Source of the DNA: a virus | Strand: one strand, 5' to 3' | UHGV virus genome: UHGV-1299713 | Length of the DNA stretch: 39,920 nt | Part shown: positions 22,598-32,625 of the stretch, in pieces | Position numbering within the stretch: the stretch's first letter is position 1 | How the letters are laid out: each line of letters opens with the position of its first letter | Position numbers and translations under genes: made by a program | Notes under the pieces: generated by a model | Databases searched by the model: none | What the model saw: only the letters and a program-made list of their open reading frames with translations | Told to the model about the DNA's origin: nothing

Positions 22598-23221
22598 CTA
22601 ACGTGTGACCGCATTCAAAATGTTGTCTGCGATTGACTCTTCTTTGTGGCATTGCACCACCAGAGCGTCATACAGTGGCTTAACAGTGCGTGACCAGGTG
22701 GGTTGAGTAAGGTTTGGGATTAGCATCGTCACAGCGCGATATGCTGCGCTTGCTGGCATCCTTGAATAGCCGACGCCTTTGCATCTTCCGCACTCTTTCT
22801 CAACAACTCTTCCCCACTGTTCTGTTTTTGCTATATCAACCGCACGACCTGTACCGTGGCAATCTCTGCATCTTGCGCCTGGCGTCGCGGCACTACGGCA
22901 ATAATCCGCATAAGCGAATGTTGCGAGCACTTGCAGTACCTTTGCCTTAGTATTTCCTTCGAGCTTTGCCACACCACGGTATTTCCCCGATACCTTGTGT
23001 GCAAATTGCATCAGATAGTTGATAGCCTTTTGTTTGTCGTTCTGGCTGAGTTCGTGCTTACCACAGAATGCAGCCATTCCGAATCCGGCTTGTGATTGCG
23101 CCATCCCCATAGCAGCCATCACATCAGTACCGGAAAGAGAGTCAGAAGCCGTGGCCCGTGGTGAGTCACTCATCATCGGGCTTTTTGGCGAATGAAATTT
23201 AGCTACGCTTTCGAGTCTCAT
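22598..23221 (-). CDS. Q: Late-gene antiterminator Q, lambda type
   Basis: 207 aa, essentially identical to lambda Q as recalled. Confidence 0.9.
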   Translation of the reverse strand: MRLESVAKFHSPKSPMMSDSPRATASDSLSGTDVMAAMGMAQSQAGFGMAAFCGKHELSQNDKQKAINYLMQFAHKVSGKYRGVAKLEGNTKAKVLQVLATFAYADYCRSAATPGARCRDCHGTGRAVDIAKTEQWGRVVEKECGRCKGVGYSRMPASAAYRAVTMLIPNLTQPTWSRTVKPLYDALVVQCHKEESIADNILNAVTR

Positions 23222-23883
23222 GCGCCTTCTCCCTGTACCTGAATCAATGTGAGGTTTCCGCAGAACACTGCGCCGGTATCGATATACATCTGGTTGGCAA
23301 ACTTGAGTGGTTTCACTGCTGGCGTATGACCAAAGATGAACGTGTCCGCTCCTTTGATTTCTTTCACGATCCCGTCTTGTGAGTTGCTGATTCGTTCGCG
23401 GTTCCAGATTACCTGCTGATGATCAACTGGCTTTCCGAACTCGTATTCATCACAGGGATAATCGGCGTGGCAGATGACGTATTTTTTATCTTTGCTCACC
23501 AGTTCGATGATTAACGGAAGTTCTTCTGCTTTATGGGCAAGAGCTTTAGCCAGAATTTCTTTGTCGTAATCGAGATTAAAGAACCAGCCACCGCCATTAA
23601 GCAGCCAGTGATTAACGTTTCCACGCTCTGATAAGCCATCAATCATCATTTGCTCATGGTTTCCACGTACAGCTCTGAACCAGGGGAATGTGATTAATTC
23701 CATACATTCGACGTTCTCTGTACCGCGATCAACCAAATCGCCAACCGAGATAAGCAGGTCTTTTTTGGTGTCGAATCCTATCGTCTCCAGTTTTTTCATC
23801 AGGTTCGTGTAGCATCCGTGCAGATCGCCAACTACCCAAATATTTCGGTATTTGCTGCCATCAATTTTTTCGTAATAGCGCAT
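23218..23883 (-). CDS. ninI: Ser/Thr protein phosphatase NinI (start at [12 protein letters not shown])
   Basis: Metallophosphatase motifs GDLHG, GDLVDRG, GNHE; matches lambda NinI. Confidence 0.85.
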   Translation of the reverse strand: MRYYEKIDGSKYRNIWVVGDLHGCYTNLMKKLETIGFDTKKDLLISVGDLVDRGTENVECMELITFPWFRAVRGNHEQMMIDGLSERGNVNHWLLNGGGWFFNLDYDKEILAKALAHKAEELPLIIELVSKDKKYVICHADYPCDEYEFGKPVDHQQVIWNRERISNSQDGIVKEIKGADTFIFGHTPAVKPLKFANQMYIDTGAVFCGNLTLIQVQGEGA

Positions 23884-24067
23884 CTCTTTCACTCCATCCG
23901 CGATGAACCATAAGAACGTCGTTGACGATGGCGTGCATTTTCCCGTCTTTATCATCAACGTATTTTCTGACCGTACCGCGACTACATTTCAGTCTGCGTG
24001 CTACTTCTGTCTGGTTTCCGTATGCTTCAACGAGCATGTCTGGAATGGTTTTTACTGAGAACGTCAT
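23861..24067 (-). CDS. ninH: NinH
   Basis: 68 aa, matches lambda NinH. Confidence 0.8.
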   Translation of the reverse strand: MTFSVKTIPDMLVEAYGNQTEVARRLKCSRGTVRKYVDDKDGKMHAIVNDVLMVHRGWSERDALLRKN

Positions 24068-24669
24068 GCGGCCTCACTTCTGCTATTTCGCAGGTCTTTG
24101 AGTTTCTGTTGGTACTCTGCCTTGATCGCCTTGCACTCTTCGATAGTCCAGCGATGGCGGTTATGGTTTGATTCGATTTCGTCTACTGCTTCCTGCCCGA
24201 TGCGGCTAATCAGTTCGACGCGATACGGAACGAGATTTCCGCTTTTGTGCTGGTTGCACACCACGCATTGCTTGTGAATATTGCGTTCATCAAATCGGAG
24301 TTGAGGTGCCGCAGCAGTTGTCCGGTAATGTCCGGCATCCCACTGAGCAGACGTGAGCGTTCCGCACGAGATACATGGTAAGTCGCGGTCTCTTTCTCTG
24401 ATGAAGGCGTTTACTGCTTGTTGGGCTTGTTTAATCCAGTAACTGCGGGGCTTTAAGGCGAGTTTTCGAATCTTAAGTTTATCTTTCTGTTTCTGCTCCT
24501 CTCGTCGTCGTTTCTTCTCTGCTGCTTTTTCCGCTTTTTTTCGCTGTTTACTTTGTAGTTCGAGTGCTAACTGAGTTCCGTGTTCCGGGCAGCACCACCA
24601 CTGATTTGAGAATGCCGGGTGAAACCATTCCTTGCATATTTTGCATTTCCTTCGCGCTGGTTTAGCCAT
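24064..24669 (-). CDS. ninG: NinG (Rap) recombination-associated endonuclease
   Basis: 201 aa, Cys-rich N-terminus [16 protein letters not shown], matches lambda NinG. Confidence 0.85.
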   Translation of the reverse strand: MAKPARRKCKICKEWFHPAFSNQWWCCPEHGTQLALELQSKQRKKAEKAAEKKRRREEQKQKDKLKIRKLALKPRSYWIKQAQQAVNAFIRERDRDLPCISCGTLTSAQWDAGHYRTTAAAPQLRFDERNIHKQCVVCNQHKSGNLVPYRVELISRIGQEAVDEIESNHNRHRWTIEECKAIKAEYQQKLKDLRNSRSEAA

Positions 24670-24838
24670 CGTCTTCTTCCTCGTACATTGAGCTATTCGG
24701 ATCGCTCATCAGTTCTGCGCAGCAGTGCTCACACACGTGAACTTCCAGCACATGCAGCTTCTGACCGCAGTTAGCGCACGTTAAAGCTCGCTCGACGCTT
24801 TCTTTCTGGTATTGAAGGGATTGGGATGGACTAAGCAT
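24662..24838 (-). CDS. ninF: NinF (start at [10 protein letters not shown])
   Basis: Matches lambda NinF, CxxC pairs. Confidence 0.7.
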   Translation of the reverse strand: MLSPSQSLQYQKESVERALTCANCGQKLHVLEVHVCEHCCAELMSDPNSSMYEEEDDG

Positions 24839-25238
24839 GGCTTTCACCATTAAAAAGTCGCTTGTAAGCATCAATGTCTCGTTTTGCTTCACCAAGCTTT
24901 CGTCTTAATTCCATGTTTTCTGATTCAAGCTTTTCCATGTCTTGTTGGTATCGATCGCGGTGTTCTTTCCATGCTTTTTGATACGCCTTCATGTATGTCG
25001 TATTGGCCTTTCTCTTTGCCTGACGAACTGCGTGGTGGTTTTTCACAAACCAGTCAGGGTCGTTAAATGCTGCTCTGGCGCATGTATACCAATAATTTGT
25101 TGCCTCCCTGTTTAGCCAATAAATACTGATAAATGGCAACTGTATCGACACCATTTTTCGTTGAGACTCTTTCTCGCCAAACATGTGTCCTTTTTTGATG
25201 CTAAGGCCAAATCCAGGTTGAATTAAAAGCATTGTCAT
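24831..25238 (-). CDS. NinX-like hypothetical protein inserted between ninE and ninF
   Basis: ATG overlaps the ninE stop (ATGA coupling); absent from lambda at this position; P22/HK97-type nin regions carry a ninX here (recalled, not verified). Confidence 0.55.
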   Translation of the reverse strand: MTMLLIQPGFGLSIKKGHMFGEKESQRKMVSIQLPFISIYWLNREATNYWYTCARAAFNDPDWFVKNHHAVRQAKRKANTTYMKAYQKAWKEHRDRYQQDMEKLESENMELRRKLGEAKRDIDAYKRLFNGESHA

Positions 25239-25411
25239 TTCCTCGCACGATGTCTTAGCCACCGGATATCCCACAGGTGAGCCGTATAATTGAAGGTTTT
25301 TACGTCAGATTCTTTTGGGATTGGCTTTGGTTTATTTCTGGAGCGTTTCGTTGGAAGGTATTTGCAGTTTTCGCAGATTATGTCGGTGATACTTCGTCGC
25401 TGTCGTCTCAT
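25235..25411 (-). CDS. ninE: NinE (start at [10 protein letters not shown])
   Basis: Matches lambda NinE. Confidence 0.7.
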   Translation of the reverse strand: MRRQRRSITDIICENCKYLPTKRSRNKPKPIPKESDVKTFNYTAHLWDIRWLRHRARK

Positions 25412-25935
25412 GCCGCCCTCCTGGCGCCCTGCCCGATCGCCATCAATGCCGATTTGGATACGGTAGTAAACATTCGTCGAGGACTGATGAACGGTCGCCA
25501 AATCAGCAGCATGGAACCTTTGCTGTTTCCCTTCTTCTCCAGCCCTGTCGATGGTTCGATAAAATTAATCCGTCCATCAGTGATGATGCGAACTTCGTCA
25601 ACACTCTCCAGAGCCTTGCTGAACCATCCGACAGACATATCCTCTGGCACAAGCATCACTACCGTCTGTCGCTGTTGTATGCACTGCTCAGCGGCTTTTT
25701 CCACCCACGGCCTGATATTGCTGTACGGTGGGTTATTCCAGATTGCACCGTGGCTTATCCACTCAGAATTTAGCGCGTCGTCGGCCTCAGTTAACCAGTG
25801 AGCGCACAGAGCATTTTTGTCGCTCGCTGCCGAATCCAGCCAGAATCCAAACTCAATATCCAGTGCATCAAAAAGCCAAAGCGGCGTTTGCCAGCAGTCC
25901 TTGTCGTGTGCTGGCGTATTTGATTTGATAGTCAT
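25408..25935 (-). CDS. Phage Dam-like DNA N6-adenine methyltransferase (orphan)
   Basis: Catalytic motif NPPY in WNNPPYSN; small size typical of phage Dam-family methylases; ATGA coupling to ninB and to ninE. Confidence 0.7.
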   Translation of the reverse strand: MTIKSNTPAHDKDCWQTPLWLFDALDIEFGFWLDSAASDKNALCAHWLTEADDALNSEWISHGAIWNNPPYSNIRPWVEKAAEQCIQQRQTVVMLVPEDMSVGWFSKALESVDEVRIITDGRINFIEPSTGLEKKGNSKGSMLLIWRPFISPRRMFTTVSKSALMAIGQGARRAA

Positions 25936-26378
25936 GCAGCCCTCCCTTTTCGTTGTGACCATTCATACTCTCGCCGGGAGTCATCACTCCACCGCACGTT
26001 GCGCTCTGAGCCGAACCAGAACATGATTTCGATAAGCTCAGTCATGCTGGCCTTTCGCATTTTGCTGGTACGCACGCCAAGCATGACAACGCCACCGTCG
26101 ATACCAGGCACACTTCGTTGCTCCAGTTTTTTGGTCTTAAGCCACAGGGCAGTGAACAGGTCTTTCCAGTCCTCCGGCGCAAGTCTCTGTCCATGCCAAA
26201 GCACCTGACGTGATACGTCCTGTAATAACTCCCACATAAGGCGGTTTTGAGGATTACTCCGCTTGGGTTCTTTTACGTGGACTTCGTGAGGTGACTTGTC
26301 GTCGATGGGAAGTGAGAGTATTGCGTCTATGGCGTTGTTTCTGATTGCTTCGTTGCGAAGCATGTATATTTGCTTCAT
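25932..26378 (-). CDS. ninB: NinB (Orf) recombination mediator
   Basis: 148 aa; QNR-LW-L-DVSRQV-WHG and WSD-R-EWK-RWGDRAA-like C-terminus match lambda NinB. Confidence 0.8.
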   Translation of the reverse strand: MKQIYMLRNEAIRNNAIDAILSLPIDDKSPHEVHVKEPKRSNPQNRLMWELLQDVSRQVLWHGQRLAPEDWKDLFTALWLKTKKLEQRSVPGIDGGVVMLGVRTSKMRKASMTELIEIMFWFGSERNVRWSDDSRREYEWSQRKGRAA

Positions 26379-26390
26379 TGTTACCTCGAC

Positions 26391-26726
26391 TTAATTCTGC
26401 TCATTGATACCCCTCTCACTTAATCGCCTCCACGCTTCGTTAAACTCTTCTCGGGTTGCGCCGGATTTTCTTTCTTCAAACATCATGCATTCGCTGATGT
26501 CTCCCCATGACTTTGGTCGCTTTTCAGCAAACAGATCATCCCATTCGAATACCCAGCGTCCTGATTTTCGGTAGTGGTAAATGGTCAGCCATGTTGTGCT
26601 GTTCGCTGGATACCCATAGAGAACTTCGACTTTTTGATCACGGTCTTTATGCTTTTTCAGCAGGATAAAGCCAGCAACCAGCGAAGCTCCGGCAAGAATG
26701 ATGATTGGTATTTGCCAGTCAGCCAC
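26391..26726 (-). CDS. Hypothetical single-pass membrane protein
   Basis: N-terminal hydrophobic helix IPIIILAGASLVAGFILL; occupies the ren/ninA position. Confidence 0.5.
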   Translation of the reverse strand: MADWQIPIIILAGASLVAGFILLKKHKDRDQKVEVLYGYPANSTTWLTIYHYRKSGRWVFEWDDLFAEKRPKSWGDISECMMFEERKSGATREEFNEAWRRLSERGINEQN

Positions 26727-26741
26727 GATTTACTCTCCCCC

Positions 26742-26772
26742 AAATAAAAAAGCCTGCGATTACCAGCAGGCC
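26742..26772 (-). terminator. Rho-independent terminator downstream of the helicase gene (tR2 position)
   Basis: Minus-strand GCCUGCUGG-UAAUC-GCAGGC stem-loop followed by UUUUUUAUUU. Confidence 0.55.
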
Positions 26773-26798
26773 TGTTATTAGCTCAGTGATGTAGATGG

Positions 26799-28175
26799 TC
26801 ATACGTCAGCCCCTTGTGCATATCGTCTGCCACGTGCAGCGGGTGCATTTGATGCTGTGCAAATCTGTCTGGCTTCATCCTGGTCACATGCAACAAAGTG
26901 TCCGTTGCAGAACCGCTGGTAAACCGTACCAAGTGAGCCAAAACGGTTTTTTGTCACAATGATTTCAGCAAATGGCGCGGCACTACTGTTCTCGTCATAT
27001 ACTGCTTCCCGATAGAGCATGATGATTGAGTCTGCGTCCTGTTCAATGCTTCCTGAATCACGCAAATCTGCGTTTGTCGGGCGTTTGTTTGGTCGCTTCT
27101 CAACATCGCGCGAAAGCTGACTCAGGGAGATAACCGGTGTTTTCAGGTCTTTCGCCATCGCCTTCAGGCTTCCGGAGATGTGAGCAATTGCGAGGTCGTT
27201 GCGGTCTGCTTTCGGCTTCTCAATCAGGCCAAGATAATCCGCCATGATGAGTGAGAGGTTTGGATTTTCCTGTTTGTGCCGTTCTGCGATTGAGCGTATT
27301 TCTTCGACCGATAACCGCGAGGCATCGACTACCCATACATCCAAATCTGCAAGCTGACTCATGCCGTTAGCAACACGTGCCCAGCCCTCGTCATCCATCG
27401 ATGCAGGATTTCGCAGTACGCTAACCGACATCCTCCCGGCGTTGGCAATGCTTCGCTCTGCAATCTGCAATGCGCTCATTTCCATTGAGAAAATCAATAC
27501 CCCGCGCCGGACGTCAGAACCAGGAATAACGCGGCTTGCAACGCCTTCGGCAATCTTCAGCGCCAGTTCGGTTTTCCCCATACCAGGACGAGCAGCGATT
27601 ATCACCAGGTCTTCCGCGTTCATCCCTCCGGTGATGGCATCAAGTTCTTCGATTCCGGTCTTCAGGGTATCTGACTCTTCTCCGTTCCTCAGACGCCTGT
27701 CAAGCGTGTCAGTGTAGTCAGTAATGATTTCCCCTAACCGTACAGGTTTAACCTCGTCACGGGGCTTTCTGATGGCTGAAAGACGCTTTACGAGCTCGTC
27801 CATCGCCTGACTCGATGTATCGATGGTTCCGCTCTGAATTGGTTCACGCATTTCATCCATGATTTCCAGCACCAGACGGCGGTGATAGTTATCCGCGACC
27901 ATTCCGGCATATCCCTTCAGGTTTGCGGCACTCGGGCAGTTTTTGCTGGTCATCAGGATTGACGTGAAATGCTCCTCTCCGCACGCCTCGGCAACCATCA
28001 GCGCGTCGATTAAATTTCTGTTTCGCGCCTGCTTGCGGATAACCTCGAAGGCTTTCCGGTAGAGCGGAATTGAAAACGCTTCCGGCTCCAGCGTTGCCAA
28101 AACGTCACTGGCAGTTGGTGTTAATCCACCAATCAGCAGGCCACCGATAACGCTCGCTTCGATATCCTGTCTCAT
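26799..28175 (-). CDS. Replicative DNA helicase, DnaB family (P22 gene 12-like)
   Basis: 458 aa; Walker A GMGKT; DnaB-type layout. Confidence 0.9.
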   Translation of the reverse strand: MRQDIEASVIGGLLIGGLTPTASDVLATLEPEAFSIPLYRKAFEVIRKQARNRNLIDALMVAEACGEEHFTSILMTSKNCPSAANLKGYAGMVADNYHRRLVLEIMDEMREPIQSGTIDTSSQAMDELVKRLSAIRKPRDEVKPVRLGEIITDYTDTLDRRLRNGEESDTLKTGIEELDAITGGMNAEDLVIIAARPGMGKTELALKIAEGVASRVIPGSDVRRGVLIFSMEMSALQIAERSIANAGRMSVSVLRNPASMDDEGWARVANGMSQLADLDVWVVDASRLSVEEIRSIAERHKQENPNLSLIMADYLGLIEKPKADRNDLAIAHISGSLKAMAKDLKTPVISLSQLSRDVEKRPNKRPTNADLRDSGSIEQDADSIIMLYREAVYDENSSAAPFAEIIVTKNRFGSLGTVYQRFCNGHFVACDQDEARQICTASNAPAARGRRYAQGADV

Positions 28176-29002
28176 GCAATCCCCCTGTCTGCAAACTTCC
28201 CTTCCCGAACTCCCGTTAACGAATCTTCTCTCAGCAAGTAATCAAAATCAGCCGTCCAGCCCGTGTCGTTGTCTCCGAAGTAAAACGGCTTGGCCTGATG
28301 CACAAACGCCCTGACATACGCTCTGAAACCGTCCACGTTTGGCGTTTTCAGTTGCGGAATGATTTTCTTCAGGCGGCGTTTTCGTTTCTCGTTGACCGCA
28401 ACAGCGTGTGGCAGTCTGTCACCGACTTCGGTGTTGTAGGCGTTCAGGAAGGATTCGTAGTCGATTCGTTCTGCCTTGCGACGTTCAGGTTTAACCTGCC
28501 CATCGCCGCCCCCGTTAGGGGGTAAGGGGGTATTTGTATTTATTGTCTTTTGTATATTGTCTTTTGTGTTTGACTGATTCGGTAAATTGCTTTTTACCGA
28601 TTTGGTGAAGGTTTGTTTTACCGAATTGGTAAATGTTTTACCGAATCCGTTAACTTTCGTTTTCCACTCGGAAATGTTTGTATTCATACCAACTTGACGC
28701 CCCACCTGAATGAGAACTCCCATTCTGATAAGCTCGTTTTTGGCGGTAGAGCATTTGGTTGGTGCCATGCCAGTGAGTTCAGCGAACTGTTCGTTTCCGA
28801 TCCAATCTATTTTTTTGTTGTAACCGTATGTCTTGCGCCACACAGCCATAACAATCAGTAACTGATGTAGAGTAAGTCCAGAAAGCATGGCGGCTTCTAA
28901 CAGTGTGTTTGCAGTCCGAGTGTAGCCATCTTCGAGTTCTGCCACGCGATGCTCCACGACCTCCAGTTGAGGCCTGTAATCAGCTAACTTAACGACGCCC
29001 AT
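28172..29002 (-). CDS. Replication initiator, lambda O-like N-terminal domain (P22 gene 18-like)
   Basis: N-terminal region resembles lambda O ([24 protein letters not shown]); iteron repeats lie inside the gene. Confidence 0.8.
   Translation of the reverse strand: MGVVKLADYRPQLEVVEHRVAELEDGYTRTANTLLEAAMLSGLTLHQLLIVMAVWRKTYGYNKKIDWIGNEQFAELTGMAPTKCSTAKNELIRMGVLIQVGRQVGMNTNISEWKTKVNGFGKTFTNSVKQTFTKSVKSNLPNQSNTKDNIQKTINTNTPLPPNGGGDGQVKPERRKAERIDYESFLNAYNTEVGDRLPHAVAVNEKRKRRLKKIIPQLKTPNVDGFRAYVRAFVHQAKPFYFGDNDTGWTADFDYLLREDSLTGVREGKFADRGIA
28530..28650. repeat. ori: Candidate replication origin iterons inside the O-like gene
   Basis: ATTGTCTTTTGT twice and TTTTACCGA(A)TT three times, plus an inverted copy, next to a G-rich tract. 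Confidence 0.5.
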
Positions 29003-29150
29003 GTTTCACTCCTGCTTTGGCTAGTCTGTAAACACCAACAAGGCGCTCTGCGAACGCCCTGTTATTTGCTGCGGCTACCACTAATCCCTCAGGTGAATCA
29101 GGGTGTCGAATCTCTTCTTTTTCCTGGTATTTCTTACGACGTTTTGTCAT
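28989..29150 (-). CDS. Small basic hypothetical protein (about 53 aa) between cII and O
   Basis: ATG with AGGAG 6 nt upstream; ORF read by eye, not in the track. Confidence 0.3.
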   Translation of the reverse strand: MTKRRKKYQEKEEIRHPDSPEGLVVAAANNRAFAERLVGVYRLAKAGVKHGRR

Positions 29151-29182
29151 AATTACTCCTGTGGATTGATCCAGTAATGACC

Positions 29183-29479
29183 TCAGAATTCCATCTGGAT
29201 TTGTTCAGAACGCTCGGTTGCCGCCGGGCGTTTTTTATTGGTGAGTCCATCAAGCGCATACTTAAAAGCCCTGCTAATCGGACTGATGTCTGATGCCATT
29301 CCGAAAGCACACAAGACCGAAGCAATAAATCTCCAGTCCGTTCTGCTTATCTTCGATTCATGACAGCCAATCATCTTTGCCAGACCGCGCTGGGTAAGCG
29401 TTGACAGGTTGATGAGTAAATCTGTTTCTGCGCGATCAACGTCGCGTTGTGATAGTTTGCTGTAACTTGTTTGTTCCAT
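29183..29479 (-). CDS. cII: cII-like transcriptional activator
   Basis: C-terminal LTNKKRPAATERSEQIQMEF matches lambda CII; N-terminal half differs. Confidence 0.8.
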   Translation of the reverse strand: MEQTSYSKLSQRDVDRAETDLLINLSTLTQRGLAKMIGCHESKISRTDWRFIASVLCAFGMASDISPISRAFKYALDGLTNKKRPAATERSEQIQMEF

Positions 29480-29543
29480 TTCTTACTATTTCCATAGGTA
29501 AATAATCACTAATACTCATCTTTCGATGAGTGCTTAATTAGTT

Positions 29544-29578
29544 ACCGCGTTGTCGGCGGTGCAGATTGATAAAGAGCG
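29544..29578 (-). promoter_or_regulatory. nutR: nutR (boxA CGCTCTTTA and boxB ACCGC-CGACAAC-GCGGT)
   Basis: Read directly from the minus strand just downstream of cro; a palindrome at 29514..29531 may be a tR1-like element. Confidence 0.5.
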
Positions 29579-29588
29579 GATCCGCTTA

Positions 29589-29804
29589 TTAAGCGGATTT
29601 GTGTTCCGGTGGGAACACGTCATCAAGACTGACTTTTGCGCCTAACTTGTTTAGGCACGCAACAAGAGCACGGCATGTTTTAAGGTCTGGGAAGCGACGA
29701 CCAGATTCCCAATGTCCGATAGCTCCCTGTGTGCATCCAACCGCCTTAGCAAGTGTTGTTTGAGAGATATTCAGTGACTCTCGATATTTTCGTAGGTTGC
29801 TCAT
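29589..29804 (-). CDS. cro: Cro-like HTH repressor (start at MSNLRKYRES)
   Basis: XRE-type HTH; recognition-helix region TQGAIGHWESGRRFP parallels c[16 protein letters not shown]. Confidence 0.7.
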   Translation of the reverse strand: MSNLRKYRESLNISQTTLAKAVGCTQGAIGHWESGRRFPDLKTCRALVACLNKLGAKVSLDDVFPPEHKSA

Positions 29805-29830
29805 ATGCCCTCCATAGTAACCATGAAACA

Positions 29831-29906
29831 ATAATACGATATGTACTTTTGGAATGCAAACAAAAAATACATCTTGTGCATGGATGGCTTTAGTACAGAG
29901 CGTAAT
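29831..29906. promoter_or_regulatory. OR operator region with PR (minus strand -35 TTGCAT, -10 TATTAT, 17-nt spacer)
   Basis: Three candidate 15-bp operators with half-sites A(A/G)TAC-N5-GT(A/G)(C/A)(T/A) at 29833..29847, 29866..29880 and 29892..29906. Confidence 0.45.
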
Positions 29907-29915
29907 AATAAGGAT

Positions 29916-30575
29916 ATGAAAATGAAATGGTATGAACTGGCTAGATCCAGAATGAAAGAACTCGGCATAACTCAAGAGAAGTTAGCTGAAGAGCTTGGTA
30001 TGACGCAGGGTGGAATTGGTCACTGGTTGCGAGGATCTCGTCATCCATCTCTTGACGAGATTGGTGTGGTGTTTAAATACCTTGGTATTGATAACGTCTC
30101 ATTCAACCACGACGGTACATTTTCACCTGTTGGCGAATACTCATCTGCCCCCGTTAAAAAACAATATGAGTACCCTGTTTTTTCTCATGTTCAGGCCGGG
30201 ATGTTCTCGCCTGAGCTTAGAACCTTTACCAAAGGTGATGCGGAGAGATGGGTCAGCACAACCAAAAAAGCCAGTGATTGTGCGTTTTGGCTTGAAGTTG
30301 AAGGTAATTCCATGACAGCACCAACAGGATCCAAGCCAAGCTTTCCTGACGGGATGTTAATTCTAGTTGACCCTGAGCAGGCTGTTGAGCCAGGTGATTT
30401 CTGCATAGCCAGACTTGGTGGTGACGAGTTTACCTTCAAGAAACTGATCAGGGATAGCGGTCAGGTGTTCCTACAACCACTAAACCCGCAATATCCAATG
30501 ATCCCATGCAATGATAGCTGTTCCGTAGTAGGGAAAGTTATCGCCAGCCAGTGGCCTGAAGAGACATTTAGTTAA
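29916..30575 (+). CDS. cI: cI repressor: lambda-type C-terminal domain with a different N-terminal HTH domain
   Basis: C-terminal ~130 aa near-identical to lambda CI; ATG 29916 preceded by AAGGA; the ORF-track start at 29841 lies inside the operator region. Confidence 0.8.
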   Translation: MKMKWYELARSRMKELGITQEKLAEELGMTQGGIGHWLRGSRHPSLDEIGVVFKYLGIDNVSFNHDGTFSPVGEYSSAPVKKQYEYPVFSHVQAGMFSPELRTFTKGDAERWVSTTKKASDCAFWLEVEGNSMTAPTGSKPSFPDGMLILVDPEQAVEPGDFCIARLGGDEFTFKKLIRDSGQVFLQPLNPQYPMIPCNDSCSVVGKVIASQWPEETFS

Positions 30576-30607
30576 CAGTCTCACCACTCTAAAACACACA
30601 ACAATAA

Positions 30608-30635
30608 CCCGACCTTAGCGTCGGGTTTTCTTTTT
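30608..30635 (+). terminator. Rho-independent terminator after cI
   Basis: CCCGAC-CTTAGC-GTCGGG stem-loop followed by TTTTCTTTTT. Confidence 0.6.
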
Positions 30636-30654
30636 CCAAAATATAAATCAATAA

Positions 30655-30729
30655 AATACAAAGTGTTATAAAAAACCAACCACATTTAGAACATTTTGTA
30701 TTGACTCAATAAAGTACACATCGTACTAT
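30655..30729 (+). promoter_or_regulatory. OL operator region with PL (-35 TTGACT 30701..30706, -10 TACTAT 30724..30729)
   Basis: Operator-like 15-mers at 30655..30669 and 30713..30727 (a perfect palindrome), plus an inverted copy near 30687..30701. Confidence 0.5.
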
Positions 30730-30775
30730 CTAGCCATCAGCAGGAAGCTGGAAGCCAAACGGAACAGATTGGCAG

Positions 30776-30809
30776 GCTCTTTAACTTCGATGGGGCGCTG
30801 ACAAAGCGC
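30776..30809 (+). promoter_or_regulatory. nutL: nutL (boxA GCTCTTTAA and boxB GCGCTGACAAAGCGC)
   Basis: boxB matches the P22-type boxB as recalled; lies between PL and the N-like gene. Confidence 0.55.
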
Positions 30810-30928
30810 AAACAGATACCAAACGAGATGGGTTTGGCGGTGATGTGAATTGCAGCTGCAACGACAGCAACCAGAAGATCAGCATCTGGCGCATCACCAC
30901 CAAAGCCATTTCACATGAGGAAAACATC

Positions 30929-31270
30929 ATGACGGTAATCGTGTACGGGAAATCAACATTCGCAGGAAATGCCAAAACTCGCCGTCATGAGCGGCGCAGA
31001 AAACTGGCTATCGAGCGTGATGCTATATGCAACATCATTGATTCTATCTTCGGCACAGACAGTGAGGAACCTGTTCAGGAAGCCCCAAGAAAGCGTTTAA
31101 GCATTTCTGAAAAAGCAATATCACTCGGAAGCCTTCGCTGCAAGAAGGCAGATGAAGTCGAGCGTAAACAGAACCGTATTTACTACCGCAAGCCACGCAG
31201 TGAAATGGGTGTGACATGCTCAGGCCGCCAGAAGCAACGCGGAAAATCAATTCCAGCTTATTACGATTGA
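30929..31270 (+). CDS. N-like transcription antiterminator (P22 gp24-type)
   Basis: Starts MTVIVYGKSTFAGNAKTRRHERRRKLAIERD, an arginine-rich motif as in N proteins; GAGG 8 nt upstream. Confidence 0.75.
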   Translation: MTVIVYGKSTFAGNAKTRRHERRRKLAIERDAICNIIDSIFGTDSEEPVQEAPRKRLSISEKAISLGSLRCKKADEVERKQNRIYYRKPRSEMGVTCSGRQKQRGKSIPAYYD

Positions 31271-31278
31271 GGTGAGCC

Positions 31279-31416
31279 ATGCTCAAGAAAGTCAAACGCC
31301 GACTTTACAAAGAAGGTAGATATTCATGCCAATTGCCAAAATGCGACACAGCAAAATGGAGTGTCGACGATTGGTGTAACTGGATAGATAGATACGGAAC
31401 TTGGTGGGATAAATAA
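31279..31416 (+). CDS. Small hypothetical protein (45 aa, Trp/Cys-containing)
   Basis: ATG 9 nt after the N stop with GAGGTGAG upstream; read by eye. Confidence 0.3.
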   Translation: MLKKVKRRLYKEGRYSCQLPKCDTAKWSVDDWCNWIDRYGTWWDK

Positions 31417-31471
31417 CAGGTAACTTAAGCGGATTTATTTTCGCAGCAAACCACTGTATGAGGGGTGAGAT

Positions 31472-31603
31472 ATGAGCTACCAAATTCAATACAGAAGTTG
31501 CGGTAGATGGGTTTGCGGAAACTCTTTCAAAACAAAAGAACAGGCTGAGCAATACGCAAAACAAACAGGTCAGGATTATCAAATTGTAAAGACAAGGAGA
31601 TAA
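31472..31603 (+). CDS. Small Cys-containing protein (43 aa) whose stop overlaps the RBS of the next gene
   Basis: MSYQIQYRSCGRWVCGNSF...; stop TAA at 31601..31603 directly precedes ATG 31605. Confidence 0.35.
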   Translation: MSYQIQYRSCGRWVCGNSFKTKEQAEQYAKQTGQDYQIVKTRR

Positions 31604-31604
31604 C

Positions 31605-32462
31605 ATGCCAGGATTTACAAGTAAATTCATACCAAGAAGAGAATTCAAGCATAATCCAGAAAGACTAAATGTTATTTCTTCCGGTGGTGGAACTCAAAGT
31701 AACGCAATAATCTGCTTAGTACATGCTGGCGTTCTTCCAAAGCCTGACATTATCGTTATGTCAGATACAGAACGTGAGGCAAGTAATGTATTTGAATATC
31801 AGAAAAAATATATAGCTCCTATTTGTGAAGATATGGGTGTTGATTACCTGATTGTTCCTAAAAGTAGATTTGCTACCTACGACATTGATGGGCCTGATCC
31901 AGACGTTCCTCTACCTGGATATTTCACAGAATACGAGGGAAGGGATTCAAAAGGAATGTGCGCTGGAAAGCAACCAGCATTTTGTTCTATAAAGTGGAAA
32001 ACTGAAGTTATTCAGAGATTTTTAAATGAAAGATATGGAGAGAAGTATCTTACAGCAAGAGGAGTGGATAGTTGGATGGGGATAAGCATTGAAGAGGCTA
32101 AACGAAGAGCGAAATACCCAACTGGCAAGTGGCAGAGGCGCTATCCACTTATTGAAATGCTAATGACTAAACAGATGGCAATTCAATGTGTCGAGGATTA
32201 TGGTCTTCCTACACCACCTGCCTCGCTTTGCTGGATGTGCCCTAACAGAGATGATGATCTGTGGCTTTATATGAAAAATAACGTCCCATCTGATTTTGAA
32301 AGAGCATGTCAGCATGAAAAAGAGATACAAATGAAGTGGCCTCATTTGTGGCTTACTAAATATGGTGTTCCACTATCTGAGGCACCACTAACACCTAGTG
32401 GTGGTAAAAATGCACAAATGGATCTTATACAATTCTGCGATTCTGGACTGTGCTTCGCTTAA
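31605..32462 (+). CDS. PAPS-reductase-like / PP-loop ATP pyrophosphatase family protein
   Basis: PP-loop-like SSGGGTQSNAI near the N-terminus and C-terminal Cys motifs (CAGKQPAFC, CWMCPN); AAGGAGA RBS; AT-rich DNA. Confidence 0.7.
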   Translation: MPGFTSKFIPRREFKHNPERLNVISSGGGTQSNAIICLVHAGVLPKPDIIVMSDTEREASNVFEYQKKYIAPICEDMGVDYLIVPKSRFATYDIDGPDPDVPLPGYFTEYEGRDSKGMCAGKQPAFCSIKWKTEVIQRFLNERYGEKYLTARGVDSWMGISIEEAKRRAKYPTGKWQRRYPLIEMLMTKQMAIQCVEDYGLPTPPASLCWMCPNRDDDLWLYMKNNVPSDFERACQHEKEIQMKWPHLWLTKYGVPLSEAPLTPSGGKNAQMDLIQFCDSGLCFA

Positions 32463-32598
32463 GCCGCATAACCCATTAGAGCAGAAATATTCGCTAATTA
32501 AAATTGAAAGAATAATTTCATTTATAAACCAGTTCCCTGAATCTTACCTGTTTTGCGATGGTGACCGGGAAATAGCAGAGATTAAGTTTGAGGAATGA
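32410..32598 (+). CDS. Small hypothetical protein (62 aa) overlapping the 3' end of the upstream gene
   Basis: Stop codon 2 nt before a palindromic terminator; weak RBS. Confidence 0.3.
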   Translation: MHKWILYNSAILDCASLKPHNPLEQKYSLIKIERIISFINQFPESYLFCDGDREIAEIKFEE

Positions 32599-32599
32599 A

Positions 32600-32625
32600 G
32601 CCGAATATTCGGCCTTTACTTTTGG
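32600..32625 (+). terminator. Rho-independent terminator (perfect palindrome GCCGAATATTCGGC then CTTTACTTTT)
   Basis: Read directly from the sequence. Confidence 0.5.

Noticed and set aside
22714-23095. Plus-strand ORFs of 78 and 79 aa inside Q
   Set aside because: Antisense to the lambda-identical Q gene.
29134-29325. 63-aa minus-strand ORF
   Set aside because: Overlaps cII in a different frame; cII has clear lambda similarity.
31292-31648. 118-aa minus-strand ORF with a hydrophobic translation
   Set aside because: Lies antisense to two plus-strand small ORFs with good RBSs in the PL operon; the hydrophobic translation is expected from AT-rich DNA read in the wrong frame.
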